Part shown: piece by piece, positions 25,989 through 35,550 of the stretch
Layout: every line of letters begins with the position of its first letter
Numbering within the stretch: position 1 is the first letter of the stretch
Virus record (IMG/VR): IMGVR_UViG_3300006201_000009
From: a virus
Lineage: Duplodnaviria; Heunggongvirae; Uroviricota; Caudoviricetes
Strand: one strand, 5' to 3'
DNA length: 64,000 nt
Notes under the pieces: model-generated
What the model saw: only the letters and a program-made list of their open reading frames with translations
The model's database searches: none
Told to the model about the DNA's origin: nothing
Translations under genes and position numbers: made by a program

Positions 25989-26062
25989 TGGCAAGGGTGG
26001 GGCGAATTGAACGCCCATCAATGGTTTTGGAGACCACCGTCCTACCATTAAACGACACCCTT
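25989..26062 (-). tRNA. tRNA-Trp (CCA)
   Basis: A1-U72 acceptor AAGGGTG/CACCCTT; anticodon stem GTGGT/ACCAT loop CTCCAAA; T loop GCGTTCAATTCGC; CCA. Confidence 0.6.
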
Positions 26063-26066
26063 AAAG

Positions 26067-26849
26067 TTAGTCATCAATTACAATGCAGTTTATTTGCTTT
26101 GAGTAAGCCGTACAAGCGTCAAGTGCTATGATGCCGTCAGCGTAAAAAGGGGAGAAGTCTGCATCATCGCCGTACTCACTCTTAATTTTTCCTACGAGCT
26201 TATGCCCGAATGATGTGTTCCAATGTCCGCAGACAATGGTTTTGTTCGGTATCGTTGCTCCACACTCAACTGCAAGAGACATCCCGTTTTCCCAGCGAGC
26301 CTCAGCCCATTCTTCGTCCGTCGCTTCTTTCAAGTTTTTAACGTAATATCCTTCTTGTGGATCAACGCCACAAGGCACCCAGCCGTGAACGAATACATAA
26401 TGCTCTGTCTCATAATAATTCAACATCTTTGGTATGATTATGCGAACGAGGGGAGTAGCGGCGGTAGCTCTTGATACCGCTAAAATATCATCGTACAGGT
26501 CTCTCATTTTCTTTCCCGTTAATTGAAACGCCGTATCGAGGGTTTTGTTGCTTGCATGATGCGAATATGCAATAGCAAACGGGTCGCCTTCATCCATATC
26601 TTTTATCATATCCAGCGTTAAATCTTCGTGATTGCCGCGAATGAGTATGACCTTATCCTTTTTGAGCAAAGATAGGATATAATCCTGCATCTTGCGTGCT
26701 TCCTTACCGCGATCCATTAAATCACCGCAAATAATAACCTTGTGTTCAGGATTGTTTTCGTCAAATCCTTGCTCAAGCAGCGCATTGTGCAATAAGGCGA
26801 AGAACCCGTGAGGGTCTGCTGTTACAAAATATTTCATATAATTCCTCAC
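26067..26849 (-). CDS. Calcineurin-like metallophosphoesterase (Ser/Thr phosphatase/ApaH-like)
   Basis: ADPHG, GDLMDRG, GNHE motifs. Confidence 0.6.
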   Translation of the reverse strand: MRNYMKYFVTADPHGFFALLHNALLEQGFDENNPEHKVIICGDLMDRGKEARKMQDYILSLLKKDKVILIRGNHEDLTLDMIKDMDEGDPFAIAYSHHASNKTLDTAFQLTGKKMRDLYDDILAVSRATAATPLVRIIIPKMLNYYETEHYVFVHGWVPCGVDPQEGYYVKNLKEATDEEWAEARWENGMSLAVECGATIPNKTIVCGHWNTSFGHKLVGKIKSEYGDDADFSPFYADGIIALDACTAYSKQINCIVIDD

Positions 26850-27346
26850 GTTTCAAAAATCAGTATCGGTTGATAGTTTATTCTCTCAACGCTGACGCAC
26901 TTCGTGGTTGCTGTATCGTGATATTTTTCATCGTTATGGATGTGTCCATAGTAATTAAAATACGGCGTTGTTTCGCTCAACTGAAGGGGAGCGTGCGACA
27001 ACAGAAAGAAGTTGTTATAAAGTATCGGAAATTTTGACACGTATGAGAAACCAGCCTCACGATAAAATTCATCTGACCAATTATCGTGGTTGCCCTTAAT
27101 GAGAATTTTCTTACCATTAAGTTGTTTGATGATTTCTCTGCAACGCTCTTTACGTCCAAGCATAAAATCCCCGAGGTGTATTATTGTGTCTTGTTGTGTA
27201 ACCACGGCATTCCAATTTTTTATTAAAGCCTTGTCCATATCCTCGACTGAGCGGAATGGGCGGTTGCAATAGCGGATAACATTCTCATGTCCGAAGTGCG
27301 TGTCGGCAATAATAAATATTTTCATATCAGTTGCTCCTTGAACCAC
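26846..27346 (-). CDS. Small metallophosphoesterase
   Basis: ADTHFGH, LGDF, GNHDNW motifs; 166 aa. Confidence 0.55.
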   Translation of the reverse strand: MVQGATDMKIFIIADTHFGHENVIRYCNRPFRSVEDMDKALIKNWNAVVTQQDTIIHLGDFMLGRKERCREIIKQLNGKKILIKGNHDNWSDEFYREAGFSYVSKFPILYNNFFLLSHAPLQLSETTPYFNYYGHIHNDEKYHDTATTKCVSVERINYQPILIFET

Positions 27347-28146
27347 TGACGCAGTACGTCAACTTTAATTTGCTCCAACTTTGCGTAAGCAGTTCCGTCA
27401 CAATCCGTGCCATGTTCGTCAATGTATTTGTTCTTCAATGCCGCGTTTTCGTCGTCCAATTCTTTTGCAATTTTCAGCGCGTCTGCAAGCGGAATAGTAT
27501 TGAGTTTGGCTTCCGTCATTAAAATGAGTGTTTGCTCGTCATGTGATGTAAGGCAATCTGTAAACGGCATACCGGATAGGTAGTTCTTCATAAATTCGTT
27601 GATGCGAATGATGTGATGAAGTTGCTTTCCGTCATACCCGTACTTGTCGATTTTATGTTTAATAGTAGGGTAGGGGTGGCATAGAGCCTTGTACTTTTCA
27701 TAGCTCATACCAGCCATTGTTTTAAGTGTTTGCGAAGGATGGCAGTGAGTCAACTCTTCAGCAAGGCGCCGCAATTTTCTCCAATGCTTTACATATTTGT
27801 CCGCGACAATGAAATATTTTGTAAAAAGTATTTCAACGAAGTTCACGTTCTGCTTCTTAAAAGTCTCAAACATGATTCGCATATCTTTCAGATCGATGTG
27901 TTCTTTATTGGCGCGCTCACAAGTGGTGGAGATTGGAGACTTACCGCGGCAAAAATCATCAAAAGAAGGAAGAACAATAACCTTCGTATCAACGTCACTT
28001 TGATACTGTTCGCTATACACATCGAGATTGTAGTTCTGGCTTCCTTGCAAGAAAACTCCAAAAACTTCGTTTCCCATAAGGCAGGCTTCTTTGTAGTGTT
28101 GTTGCACTTTTGCGTTGATGAGATTATTACGTTCTTTTTTGTCCAT
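27322..28146 (-). CDS. Pol-beta-superfamily nucleotidyltransferase
   Basis: GS...DxD motif FLQGSQNYNLDVYSEQYQSDVD; start taken at internal MDKKERNN preceded by AAGAGG. Confidence 0.45.
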   Translation of the reverse strand: MDKKERNNLINAKVQQHYKEACLMGNEVFGVFLQGSQNYNLDVYSEQYQSDVDTKVIVLPSFDDFCRGKSPISTTCERANKEHIDLKDMRIMFETFKKQNVNFVEILFTKYFIVADKYVKHWRKLRRLAEELTHCHPSQTLKTMAGMSYEKYKALCHPYPTIKHKIDKYGYDGKQLHHIIRINEFMKNYLSGMPFTDCLTSHDEQTLILMTEAKLNTIPLADALKIAKELDDENAALKNKYIDEHGTDCDGTAYAKLEQIKVDVLRQWFKEQLI

Positions 28147-28156
28147 TGATTGCCTC

Positions 28157-28819
28157 TTAAAGTCCTGTTTGTTCTGTATGGAAGCAGAGCGGCTGACCTG
28201 TTGTTTTGTCGATACCTTCACCAATAACTCGTATATACTTATCGTGCTTCGTGCTTGTCTGCTCAATGTAGACCGTGCCCTTAAAATTCTTAATAAGCGT
28301 AGTTGTCCACGGTTTTTCGGTGTGATAATCGAATTGCGGGTTGTAATTTAATACCTCGGACAAAAGGAAAACGCCAACCATACCAGCATCAGCACAGAAT
28401 TTGCCAAGCTCCCTATTCGTCTTGTCCTCAAAGGTGGTGCAGCTCCAATCACCGTAGATTGTGCTGTTGGTGAGGTATGTGGTGAGACCAAGTTTTTCCA
28501 TTTCATCCCCGTATGAGCAGATATACCAGTCATCAGGGTGAGCTTTATCCCACGCATCGTAAGCTTCACGCATTTTGTCGTACTGAGGGCGGAATTCATT
28601 CTTCATAATGTCAGCAATTTGCTCAGCCGTTAACCCTTCAGCTGCGAGGTCTTTGTCGTTGTAGCTTTTCCTGCTCATATAATCGTCCCACTTGGGTTCG
28701 TCGGTTGTGTCGCGATCCTTGGTAATATAACAAGGGTCTGTTATAATGATATCTCCGTCAAATGACATTAATTTGAGACGTTCTCTGACCATAATTTTCT
28801 CCTTACGCGCCGGCAACAT
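28157..28819 (-). CDS. Hypothetical protein (ITDPCY motif)
   Basis: ORF; no confident family. Confidence 0.3.
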   Translation of the reverse strand: MLPARKEKIMVRERLKLMSFDGDIIITDPCYITKDRDTTDEPKWDDYMSRKSYNDKDLAAEGLTAEQIADIMKNEFRPQYDKMREAYDAWDKAHPDDWYICSYGDEMEKLGLTTYLTNSTIYGDWSCTTFEDKTNRELGKFCADAGMVGVFLLSEVLNYNPQFDYHTEKPWTTTLIKNFKGTVYIEQTSTKHDKYIRVIGEGIDKTTGQPLCFHTEQTGL

Positions 28820-29699
28820 CGCACTGATGAAAAGTGTCTAATAATTTCGACAACTCGTCTGGCAATGCCGCGCTATATTTTGTGTGAAGGAACACATCCA
28901 TATGTACGTTAATAAGCCAATAAATCAATGCTCTCTGTTTGATATGTAGGGGAATGGTTTCTTCGTATCCAATGGCGAAGTAGCTTCCCACATTTTGATG
29001 GTTGTAGAAGTGAGCAATCTCGCTCGGTTCGCCGCGGCTATTCTTAAAGCCTTTCACGAATTTTTTCCCAATATCGTGTAGACTTGCCGCAATAAGCAAC
29101 GTAATTGCAACTCCTTTGTGTGAACTTCTGTTTTTCTGCAATTTTGCGGCTTCCGTCATAACTTTCAAAGTGTGTTCTTTGACTGTGTTGTTATGATGAG
29201 GATTGTCGTGTTCGCAATCGAGCCAATTTTCATAATCGCTGTGCTTATAAGATTCGTCGTTTACCTTAAACTCAATTTCATCCCAGCCCTCATCGTAATA
29301 GGGTGGCTGAAAATTAAGAAGCATACGCTTAATGACACTTTCGCCTACATTACGATTTCTGCTACAGTCCCTCGCTACGCAAGTTTCGTATCTTGCCCAT
29401 ACTACGCAGGCGATTTTCTTGCAAGGTATTTTGAGACTCGATAAGAGATGTTTGCGCTTTTTGCGACTGATGTTGGTTGCATCATATACAACATTCTTGC
29501 TGCTTTTAAGTGCGGCGATAGTGCGGCGCTGCATTTCCTCAAATATTTTAGAAGGGTTGTCCTGAATAGCTTCGTCGCCATAGAACTCTTTTCTTATCGC
29601 GTCGGAGGATAAAATAATTGTATTGTCGTTGGTGAGTTGTTTTGCAACCTCGGTTTTGCCGGAGCCAGGCAATCCTATAAGCATAGTGAATTTAACCAT
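28803..29699 (-). CDS. P-loop polynucleotide-kinase-like domain fused to HD phosphohydrolase (HD-Pnk-like)
   Basis: Walker A LIGLPGSGKTEVAKQL; C-terminal HD motif LLIAASLHDIGKKF; GGAGAGG RBS before MVKFTMLIG start. Confidence 0.5.
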   Translation of the reverse strand: MVKFTMLIGLPGSGKTEVAKQLTNDNTIILSSDAIRKEFYGDEAIQDNPSKIFEEMQRRTIAALKSSKNVVYDATNISRKKRKHLLSSLKIPCKKIACVVWARYETCVARDCSRNRNVGESVIKRMLLNFQPPYYDEGWDEIEFKVNDESYKHSDYENWLDCEHDNPHHNNTVKEHTLKVMTEAAKLQKNRSSHKGVAITLLIAASLHDIGKKFVKGFKNSRGEPSEIAHFYNHQNVGSYFAIGYEETIPLHIKQRALIYWLINVHMDVFLHTKYSAALPDELSKLLDTFHQCDVAGA

Positions 29700-30054
29700 A
29701 GACGACCTCTCCAAAAATCGCATACTGGATAATTGCGTCTGCATCTTCGGCATCGATTTCACCTGCATCGATTTTTCCTTCGTAAAGAATATCAAGCCCA
29801 CGCTCTTCGGCAATCTTTGTTAATCCGGCTATAAACTTTTCAAGATTAAGTTCATACCATTTGTCTTCATCGGAATCGTGAAGCCTAAGTGTGCCGCCGC
29901 GAGAAATCTGATCGCTTGCATATTCTCCGAGATGATCTCCAACAACTTCGGCGCAATCACACCAGTAAGAAATCCCGCCATCTAATGCGGTGCTCATTAT
30001 ATCGTCAATGCACTGATTGTCGTATTCAACTTCATAAGTAATGGTAAGTTTCAT
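29692..30054 (-). CDS. Hypothetical acidic protein
   Basis: Start MKLTITYE preceded by GAGG RBS and GTGTCTAAATATG motif; longer ORF-track version would translate the motif. Confidence 0.35.
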   Translation of the reverse strand: MKLTITYEVEYDNQCIDDIMSTALDGGISYWCDCAEVVGDHLGEYASDQISRGGTLRLHDSDEDKWYELNLEKFIAGLTKIAEERGLDILYEGKIDAGEIDAEDADAIIQYAIFGEVVYG

Positions 30055-30079
30055 GTTGCGCCTCGTGTCTAAATATGTT

Positions 30080-30694
30080 TTATTTTTGTTTAATTTTATC
30101 GCCAAAGAGTTGTTTGGCTTTCTTTATGTAAAACTTGCTCAAATCATCGTCGCTCATTTCGTTGTCGAAGAATTCATCGATACAAGCGGGGTCTTGACCT
30201 TGCATAGCGGGAGGCATATCACTGTACCACTCATGGATATATGCAGCATAGATCAAAATATCTTCAGGCTCATAACAATCAAGACCAACAAGAGGGGAGA
30301 TACCGCCGTCCGTAAGGACGTTGTCAAGTTCATCCCAGTTAATTTCCCAAAATTCATCGTTCTCGTTGAGTGCTTCCTGCCAATGGCTCACCAATTCATC
30401 TACGACTTTTATTGGTAATGCTTTAACAATTTCTTCGACTTCTTCTCCAAAATATTCCTTGGCTTGCGTTATCACGTCTTCTCTGTGATACTCCGCATCG
30501 ACCTCTCTTGAGATTATTTCGCGATTGTCATAAATGAACTGAACAAGTGCATCTTCAAAATCATAGTAGGGCTGATCTTTTAAGTGTGAAACCGCAGGAT
30601 TCTTATCGATAAATTCGGCAACCTTTTGCCTTATCGAGTTATCGCCACACTCGTCCCAAAATTTGTCGTTTCTCATATGGTCTCCTATTAACAA
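30080..30694 (-). CDS. Hypothetical acidic protein
   Basis: ORF only. Confidence 0.3.
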   Translation of the reverse strand: MLIGDHMRNDKFWDECGDNSIRQKVAEFIDKNPAVSHLKDQPYYDFEDALVQFIYDNREIISREVDAEYHREDVITQAKEYFGEEVEEIVKALPIKVVDELVSHWQEALNENDEFWEINWDELDNVLTDGGISPLVGLDCYEPEDILIYAAYIHEWYSDMPPAMQGQDPACIDEFFDNEMSDDDLSKFYIKKAKQLFGDKIKQK

Positions 30695-30741
30695 CGAGTT
30701 TATTTATAAGCACCATTCGGTGCTGATTTTTTGATTTTAGA

Positions 30742-31464
30742 TTAAATACAAAAGCCGAAAGCGACGCCGACACTGTAGTTGGCACTGAGGTAATTGCTGA
30801 AACCGGTGCTGGAGACATAGCAGAAGGAGCTGCTATTATTGTAATACGGAGAGCGAAGCCACTTCTCATTGTTAAACGTTCTATTTTCAGTCAGTACAAA
30901 ATACTCATACTGCTCATTCTCGCCAAGGCGGGAGTATTCAATCTCTCCACGGATTTCAACTTCGCTGAACAAGAAGCATTTATCTGTGGTGCTGACTATC
31001 TCTTGACTTCCGCCACCCGCAGAGGTGCGCTTAATAACAGGCTTAATGGCGTTGCGAAGTGTTTCGGGTAGCAGTCGCAAAATCCTTTCCATGCGAACAG
31101 TTCTCATTTCGCTGTCTTTCCAGCTCGTAGTGTTGGTACGTTCCGCGTTCATTCTGAAAAGACCGTCCATTTCCAAGATGCCGAAGGTTGCTTTCGCATT
31201 ACCTTCACGCTCTGCAAGTTTATCCTTGTCAGTATCAAGCAAAATCATTTTGACTTTTTCGCCCGTATAAAGCTCGATTATTTTGTAATCGCCAACGCCG
31301 AATCTTTCCGTAATATCGTCGTTGTTGTTGATATAATCGACGAGCTCTTCGAGGGAGCAGTCAATTTCCTGCGGCACGTGGGTTCTCGTCTTTTTGAAGA
31401 CCTTACAATTATGGCAATGGGGTTCCTTACCGAACATTTCACAGAAACTGCATTTTGCTTCCAT
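30742..31464 (-). CDS. Hypothetical protein with N-terminal zinc-ribbon
   Basis: CSFCEMFGKEPHCHNC. Confidence 0.3.
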   Translation of the reverse strand: MEAKCSFCEMFGKEPHCHNCKVFKKTRTHVPQEIDCSLEELVDYINNNDDITERFGVGDYKIIELYTGEKVKMILLDTDKDKLAEREGNAKATFGILEMDGLFRMNAERTNTTSWKDSEMRTVRMERILRLLPETLRNAIKPVIKRTSAGGGSQEIVSTTDKCFLFSEVEIRGEIEYSRLGENEQYEYFVLTENRTFNNEKWLRSPYYNNSSSFCYVSSTGFSNYLSANYSVGVAFGFCI

Positions 31465-31469
31465 ATGTA

Positions 31470-31925
31470 TTACCTCTTAATATTTTTTATCGCCTCAGTG
31501 GCGAGCTTGTCGCATTCATTATTGAATGCGTTATCGGAATGACCTTTAACTTTGATGAACCTAACCTTATGCTTCTTGGTAAGTTCGATAAGTTTGAGCC
31601 ACAAATCTTTGTTTTGTACTGGCTTTCTGCCACTTGTTCTCCAGGCGGAATTCTGCCAGTTTGTAATCCAGTTTTGGTTGAATGCGTTTACAACGTAGGC
31701 AGAGTCGCTATACAATGTTACTCGACTTGGTGTTTTTAATGCGAGAAGGGCATTTATAACGGCGGCTAACTCCATTCTATTGTTGGTAGTTTCGGCTTCA
31801 CTGCCACTTAACCGTTTAGAGTGTGTGCCGCACATTAAGATAGCACCCCATCCGCCCACACCAGGGTTTCCTGAGCAAGCTCCGTCTGTGTAAATTGTTA
31901 CATCATACATATTGCATTCCTCCAA
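31470..31925 (-). CDS. rnhA: Ribonuclease HI
   Basis: IYTDGACSGNPGVGGWGAIL...TNNRMELAAV...DSAYV...KGHSDNAFNNECDKLA is collinear with RNase HI catalytic DEDD residues. Confidence 0.7.
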   Translation of the reverse strand: MEECNMYDVTIYTDGACSGNPGVGGWGAILMCGTHSKRLSGSEAETTNNRMELAAVINALLALKTPSRVTLYSDSAYVVNAFNQNWITNWQNSAWRTSGRKPVQNKDLWLKLIELTKKHKVRFIKVKGHSDNAFNNECDKLATEAIKNIKR

Positions 31926-32474
31926 AAATATTTGCCGTTACAATCCATGTAAGAAATTGTTGATCATGAAGAGTCACTGAAGTCCGCCACGATGGAAGTT
32001 CTGTAAGTTCGTTAATCATAAATTTGATATTTTGTCAAGAAAGTTTCAATTGAAAGTGGGAAAATAAATTTATTTTCTTGCCGAATTACATTTGTTGTTG
32101 GCTCTTTCTGTGTCGAATTCCTCACCATATTGGTTTCAGGAGCAGGTGATTGCGCATTTGCTGCCTCTGGCAGGCACCGTCTCTCTGACATTTTGGCACT
32201 TTAGATTTAACCTAAAGCTCTATCCGAAGATAGACATAACGATTGTAATGTGAAGCTCAAATACGAGAAAGGGGCGGCGGCAAGCTCCAGAGGAGAGCCG
32301 CCGTTTACGAATCTAACTTTTATCATAAATTAAACTCAAGTTCGCAGAAATTGGTTTAATTTATTATCAAAGTTGGATTTGTATGTGGGATTGTCTTGTT
32401 ACATCCGATATAACCAGATGCCCAATGCTATGTATTAAATTGGAATTTCTATTTAAGCTTCATTTGCTTTTGTC
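31926..32474 (-). ncRNA. ~550-nt non-coding region downstream of RT containing structured repeat element A (candidate ncRNA)
   Basis: No ORF >=60 aa; contains conserved element at 32186-32260 with covarying hairpins. Confidence 0.3.
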
Positions 32475-33623
32475 TTAACCGGCGCGGAGAACCTCTTTGA
32501 TGGTTGCTTCCACGTCTTTGTGAAATTTCTCACTGTACGACTTGATTATCGTTTCGATTGTTTCTCCCTCGACCATTTTGTAATAGGAGATAAGCCCTTG
32601 TAGGTGTTGGGTATCTTCCAGTGACCACGTGTTGCCGTTTTGCTCATCGTTCATAAACGAGAACAGCATTGCCTTAAAGACTTTCTTTTTGGAGTGTCCA
32701 ATCGTGATTTGGTTGTCGTTGTTAAGCATAACGCCTAAATTCCAGTTACGCCCCGCCGAACTTCCGTATCTCGTTTTATTGGTGTTAAGAGTAAACGGAG
32801 CGTGGAATTTATTATTTACAATATCTAATACCGCGTTCTGCACATCGCCCCAGTTGAACGACAAGTCACTCGAAAGGATGATGTCGTCCGCATATCTTGT
32901 GTAAATGAGATGGGGAGTATGTTCTCTCGACATTTTTGCAATAGCGTGGTCAACCGGTATCATAAACAGATTGGTAAGAGTAGGGCTTATCGGGGTTCCT
33001 TGCGGCAAACCGTTATTCAAGTAACACAACGACAATGCTTTCGTTAATTCTTCGCGACCATCTTCACGTGCAAGTATCTCATTGTAGGGGAAGATAAGAG
33101 AAAGTTGCGCAAGAATAAATTCAGGCTTGGAACTTCCGAAGAAATCGTGGAAGTCGAGTTTGAGAAACCAGCGCGACTTATTACGTTGATGTCTCTTAAC
33201 CGCGTCGATTGTACTTCTGCCTTTAACGTAAGCAAACGCTGCGGTGTGATAACTCGCAAAAAGTTGCTTCTCAAATAAAAATTTGAGTTCTTTCAATGCA
33301 CCCATCAATTCATCGAGAGGCGCATTTATTTGGCGCAAGCCGCCGCTTCTTTTGGGAATTTTGAAACTCCTATACAAAGTGGACTTATCCTCGGTGTTGA
33401 TGAGGTCAATATGCCTTTCGTTGAACTTATGAAGAGCGGTTATCATTGCGTCTATATTAACGCGATCCAAAAGACGTTGCGGGGTTCTTTCGCGATAGAC
33501 GGTCTTCGTGTCGTGGGTGTTTTCCATTTGACGCGCAAATGCGGCTTCGTTCATTCCGTTCAAAATGTCGTCAAATGATACTTGGTACATTTTTTCAGGT
33601 ACCGGTGCTGTTATGTATGGCAT
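32475..33623 (-). CDS. Reverse transcriptase (stand-alone RT, retron/UG-DRT-like size; no maturase or endonuclease domains)
   Basis: RT motifs FKIPKRSGGLRQINAP (1/2), LDFHDFFGS (A/3), GLPQGTPISPTLTNLFM (4), YTRYADDIIL (YADD, 5); 382 aa. Confidence 0.75.
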   Translation of the reverse strand: MPYITAPVPEKMYQVSFDDILNGMNEAAFARQMENTHDTKTVYRERTPQRLLDRVNIDAMITALHKFNERHIDLINTEDKSTLYRSFKIPKRSGGLRQINAPLDELMGALKELKFLFEKQLFASYHTAAFAYVKGRSTIDAVKRHQRNKSRWFLKLDFHDFFGSSKPEFILAQLSLIFPYNEILAREDGREELTKALSLCYLNNGLPQGTPISPTLTNLFMIPVDHAIAKMSREHTPHLIYTRYADDIILSSDLSFNWGDVQNAVLDIVNNKFHAPFTLNTNKTRYGSSAGRNWNLGVMLNNDNQITIGHSKKKVFKAMLFSFMNDEQNGNTWSLEDTQHLQGLISYYKMVEGETIETIIKSYSEKFHKDVEATIKEVLRAG

Positions 33624-33934
33624 TTGTGTGCCTCCTAATAAACTGATTTTTGTGAAACGGGCTTCTGAAGGTGACCATGGGTCTCGTTGTTGATGTAGAT
33701 TACCGGTCAGTTTCGTGGAGAAACTCGTAGGATTTCTTAAATGTTGGGGTGATTTTGGGAGTTTTGATAAGGTTACGAATAGCTGATTTGGTGCTTTCGG
33801 CTACTCGCACGCCGATGACGTTCGGCGAGCATCTCGGGATGGAGGTGCTGGCGTCCTTCGTCGCCCTGACATTTTGGCACTCTGGATATAATCCAAAGCC
33901 TTATCCGAAGATAAGCATTGCTTTATTAGTTGTT
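33624..33934 (-). ncRNA. ~310-nt structured non-coding region upstream of RT containing repeat element B (candidate RT-associated ncRNA)
   Basis: No ORF; GC-rich hairpins (gccgatgacgttcggc) and UUCG-hairpin element. Confidence 0.3.
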
Positions 33935-34609
33935 TTAATATGCGTCTACTTCAAAATTGAACGCATCGATTGTTACAATCTTTTTCAGTTCGTTCTTACG
34001 GATGAAGTTCATAAAATTTGCTACACCGTATGAGCAAACAATTCGGACGGTCGGTGCAATGCCCATTTCTACGTGACACGCCGTCATAGGAGTGGACTCT
34101 TGCGCTTCTTCGTGAGAAAATTCCATTCCCTTAATGAAGTTGTCCACGCTTTTCGGATCGCGCCAATCCGCAGCATAATGCTGAGCATCTTCGAGCCTTG
34201 TCCTAAAATCAAACATTGCTTTGATGGACATATTCGGCTTATTTTTTGTCGCAATCGTTCTACGCAGGTCGATATTGTCAACGCAGAGAAAGACATAGCC
34301 ATTGAGCTTGGTCTTTTCCGACCAGCCGTCGTTGCAAATTTGGATGTCGTTCTTCGCTTCGGGATTGATTGCAAGAAGCATATCCCTTACGGCTTCCGTC
34401 TTTAATCGCTTAATGTCGGCATTTACAAACATCTGGTTCGCAAGGTTATGTGCCGATACAACGTCGAAGTCGTACAAAGATATCTTGGTAAGTCCAAGAC
34501 GAATGAGGAGTTCTGCTACCGTCGAGCCGACCGAGCCGCAGCCAATAATATGGCAACGGTTCGTAACCTTAATCGGGTCGAAGTAGTCCTGAGATTTTAC
34601 AAGATTCAT
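33935..34609 (-). CDS. Minimal E1-like ThiF/MoeB-family adenylyltransferase
   Basis: Rossmann GxGxxG IIGCGSVGSTVAELLIRLG followed by LYDFDVV; 224 aa; operon with JAB and Ubl-like genes. Confidence 0.6.
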   Translation of the reverse strand: MNLVKSQDYFDPIKVTNRCHIIGCGSVGSTVAELLIRLGLTKISLYDFDVVSAHNLANQMFVNADIKRLKTEAVRDMLLAINPEAKNDIQICNDGWSEKTKLNGYVFLCVDNIDLRRTIATKNKPNMSIKAMFDFRTRLEDAQHYAADWRDPKSVDNFIKGMEFSHEEAQESTPMTACHVEMGIAPTVRIVCSYGVANFMNFIRKNELKKIVTIDAFNFEVDAY

Positions 34610-34611
34610 AT

Positions 34612-35550
34612 TTATCTACCTCCGTATCGTCCGTAGCCGTACACACCACTATAATAGTCATCGTCAAGCGGGTCAGGGGCGTCATCGTCAAGAGCACTCA
34701 GTTGACGCGCTTCTTGCTTAGCTCCAATCTTCGGAGATTTTGTAGTTGTAGCGGGCGTCGTTTGCGCTGCCGCTGTGTTTCCATACGAACCGCCGTAATG
34801 GGAACCTCCGCCGTAATTGCCACCGCTATATCCACCGCTGTTATAGCTGTATGTCTTTTCCTTAACGAGCTCTTTTGCTTCGTCGAGGAACTTCGTAAGC
34901 CAGCCAGCGGACTCGTGAAGAATGTTGATTTCGTCCGTTGAGTAAAGCGCATTATTCTGTAAATCGTACACTTCACCGCTTATGTCGCCCTTTTTGTTAA
35001 AGATAAGGAAAATGTAGAAGTAATCGGACTTAGCCGACGGCATTCCGAAGTTGTTCAAAATATTTCTGCGGTAAGTCATATCAACGGTTGACGGGGTAAC
35101 GCCCATATTCACATGGGAATGTCCATGGAAACGGAGAGCGTTGAACGTGTTGTTATCGAGACCGTCAAGCCACTCTTCATAAGCCTTTTGGTCGGAAGTT
35201 ACAGTTGAACCTGTAACTTCGTGGGGGAAAACAAGGATATCCTCAATGAGGAACGTGTCGGGAGCGGTTCTCTTTACAACTCCGTGCCACTCAACCTCGG
35301 TAGAGTAGGAGTGGACGAGTGCAAAAATCTTTATCCACGCTGTTTCTGTAAAGATAATGTTTGCTTTACGATCGTCTTTTACTTCTTTGAGCTTGAAGTT
35401 GAGGGTTACGCCCTCGGATTGGTCGCCCTGAAATTTTTTCTTTTTGAGCTGGCGACTTTCTTCGATGAGTTGCGCCTGAGCGCTACGCAGAAATTCATTG
35501 ACTTCTGCTTCGGTAGGGAATATTTTTTTAGCCATTTTCAGCACCCTCAT
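34612..35550 (-). CDS. JAB/JAMM-family metallo-isopeptidase with Gly/Tyr/Ser-rich low-complexity C-terminal tail
   Basis: JAMM motif E...HGHSHVNMGVTPSTVD (HxHx7SxxD); C-terminal GGYSGGNYGGGSHYGGSYG...YYSGVYGYGRYGGR. Confidence 0.65.
   Translation of the reverse strand: MRVLKMAKKIFPTEAEVNEFLRSAQAQLIEESRQLKKKKFQGDQSEGVTLNFKLKEVKDDRKANIIFTETAWIKIFALVHSYSTEVEWHGVVKRTAPDTFLIEDILVFPHEVTGSTVTSDQKAYEEWLDGLDNNTFNALRFHGHSHVNMGVTPSTVDMTYRRNILNNFGMPSAKSDYFYIFLIFNKKGDISGEVYDLQNNALYSTDEINILHESAGWLTKFLDEAKELVKEKTYSYNSGGYSGGNYGGGSHYGGSYGNTAAAQTTPATTTKSPKIGAKQEARQLSALDDDAPDPLDDDYYSGVYGYGRYGGR

Noticed and set aside
25503-26048. 181-aa ORF overlapping tRNA-Trp
   Set aside because: The first 24 codons overlap the tRNA. 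A clean AAGGAG RBS precedes the internal MSTHSY start, so the CDS is trimmed to 25503-25974.
29692-30105. 137-aa version of the acidic protein
   Set aside because: The N-terminal extension would translate the conserved GTGTCTAAATATG element (KTYLDTRRN). The shorter start with GAGG RBS is preferred.
32186-33916. Diversity-generating retroelement (TR/VR) interpretation of the repeated element
   Set aside because: The RT has the group II/retron-type QGxxxSP motif rather than the DGR-type. The repeats lie in non-coding 3' regions, not at the 3' end of a target gene, and differ by covarying stem changes rather than A-specific substitutions.
32475-33934. Group II intron interpretation of the RT locus
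   Set aside because: No maturase/X or endonuclease domain. The 382-aa RT and ~310 nt of upstream RNA are too small for domains I-IV. No GUGYG start or domain V (AGC triad hairpin) was seen.
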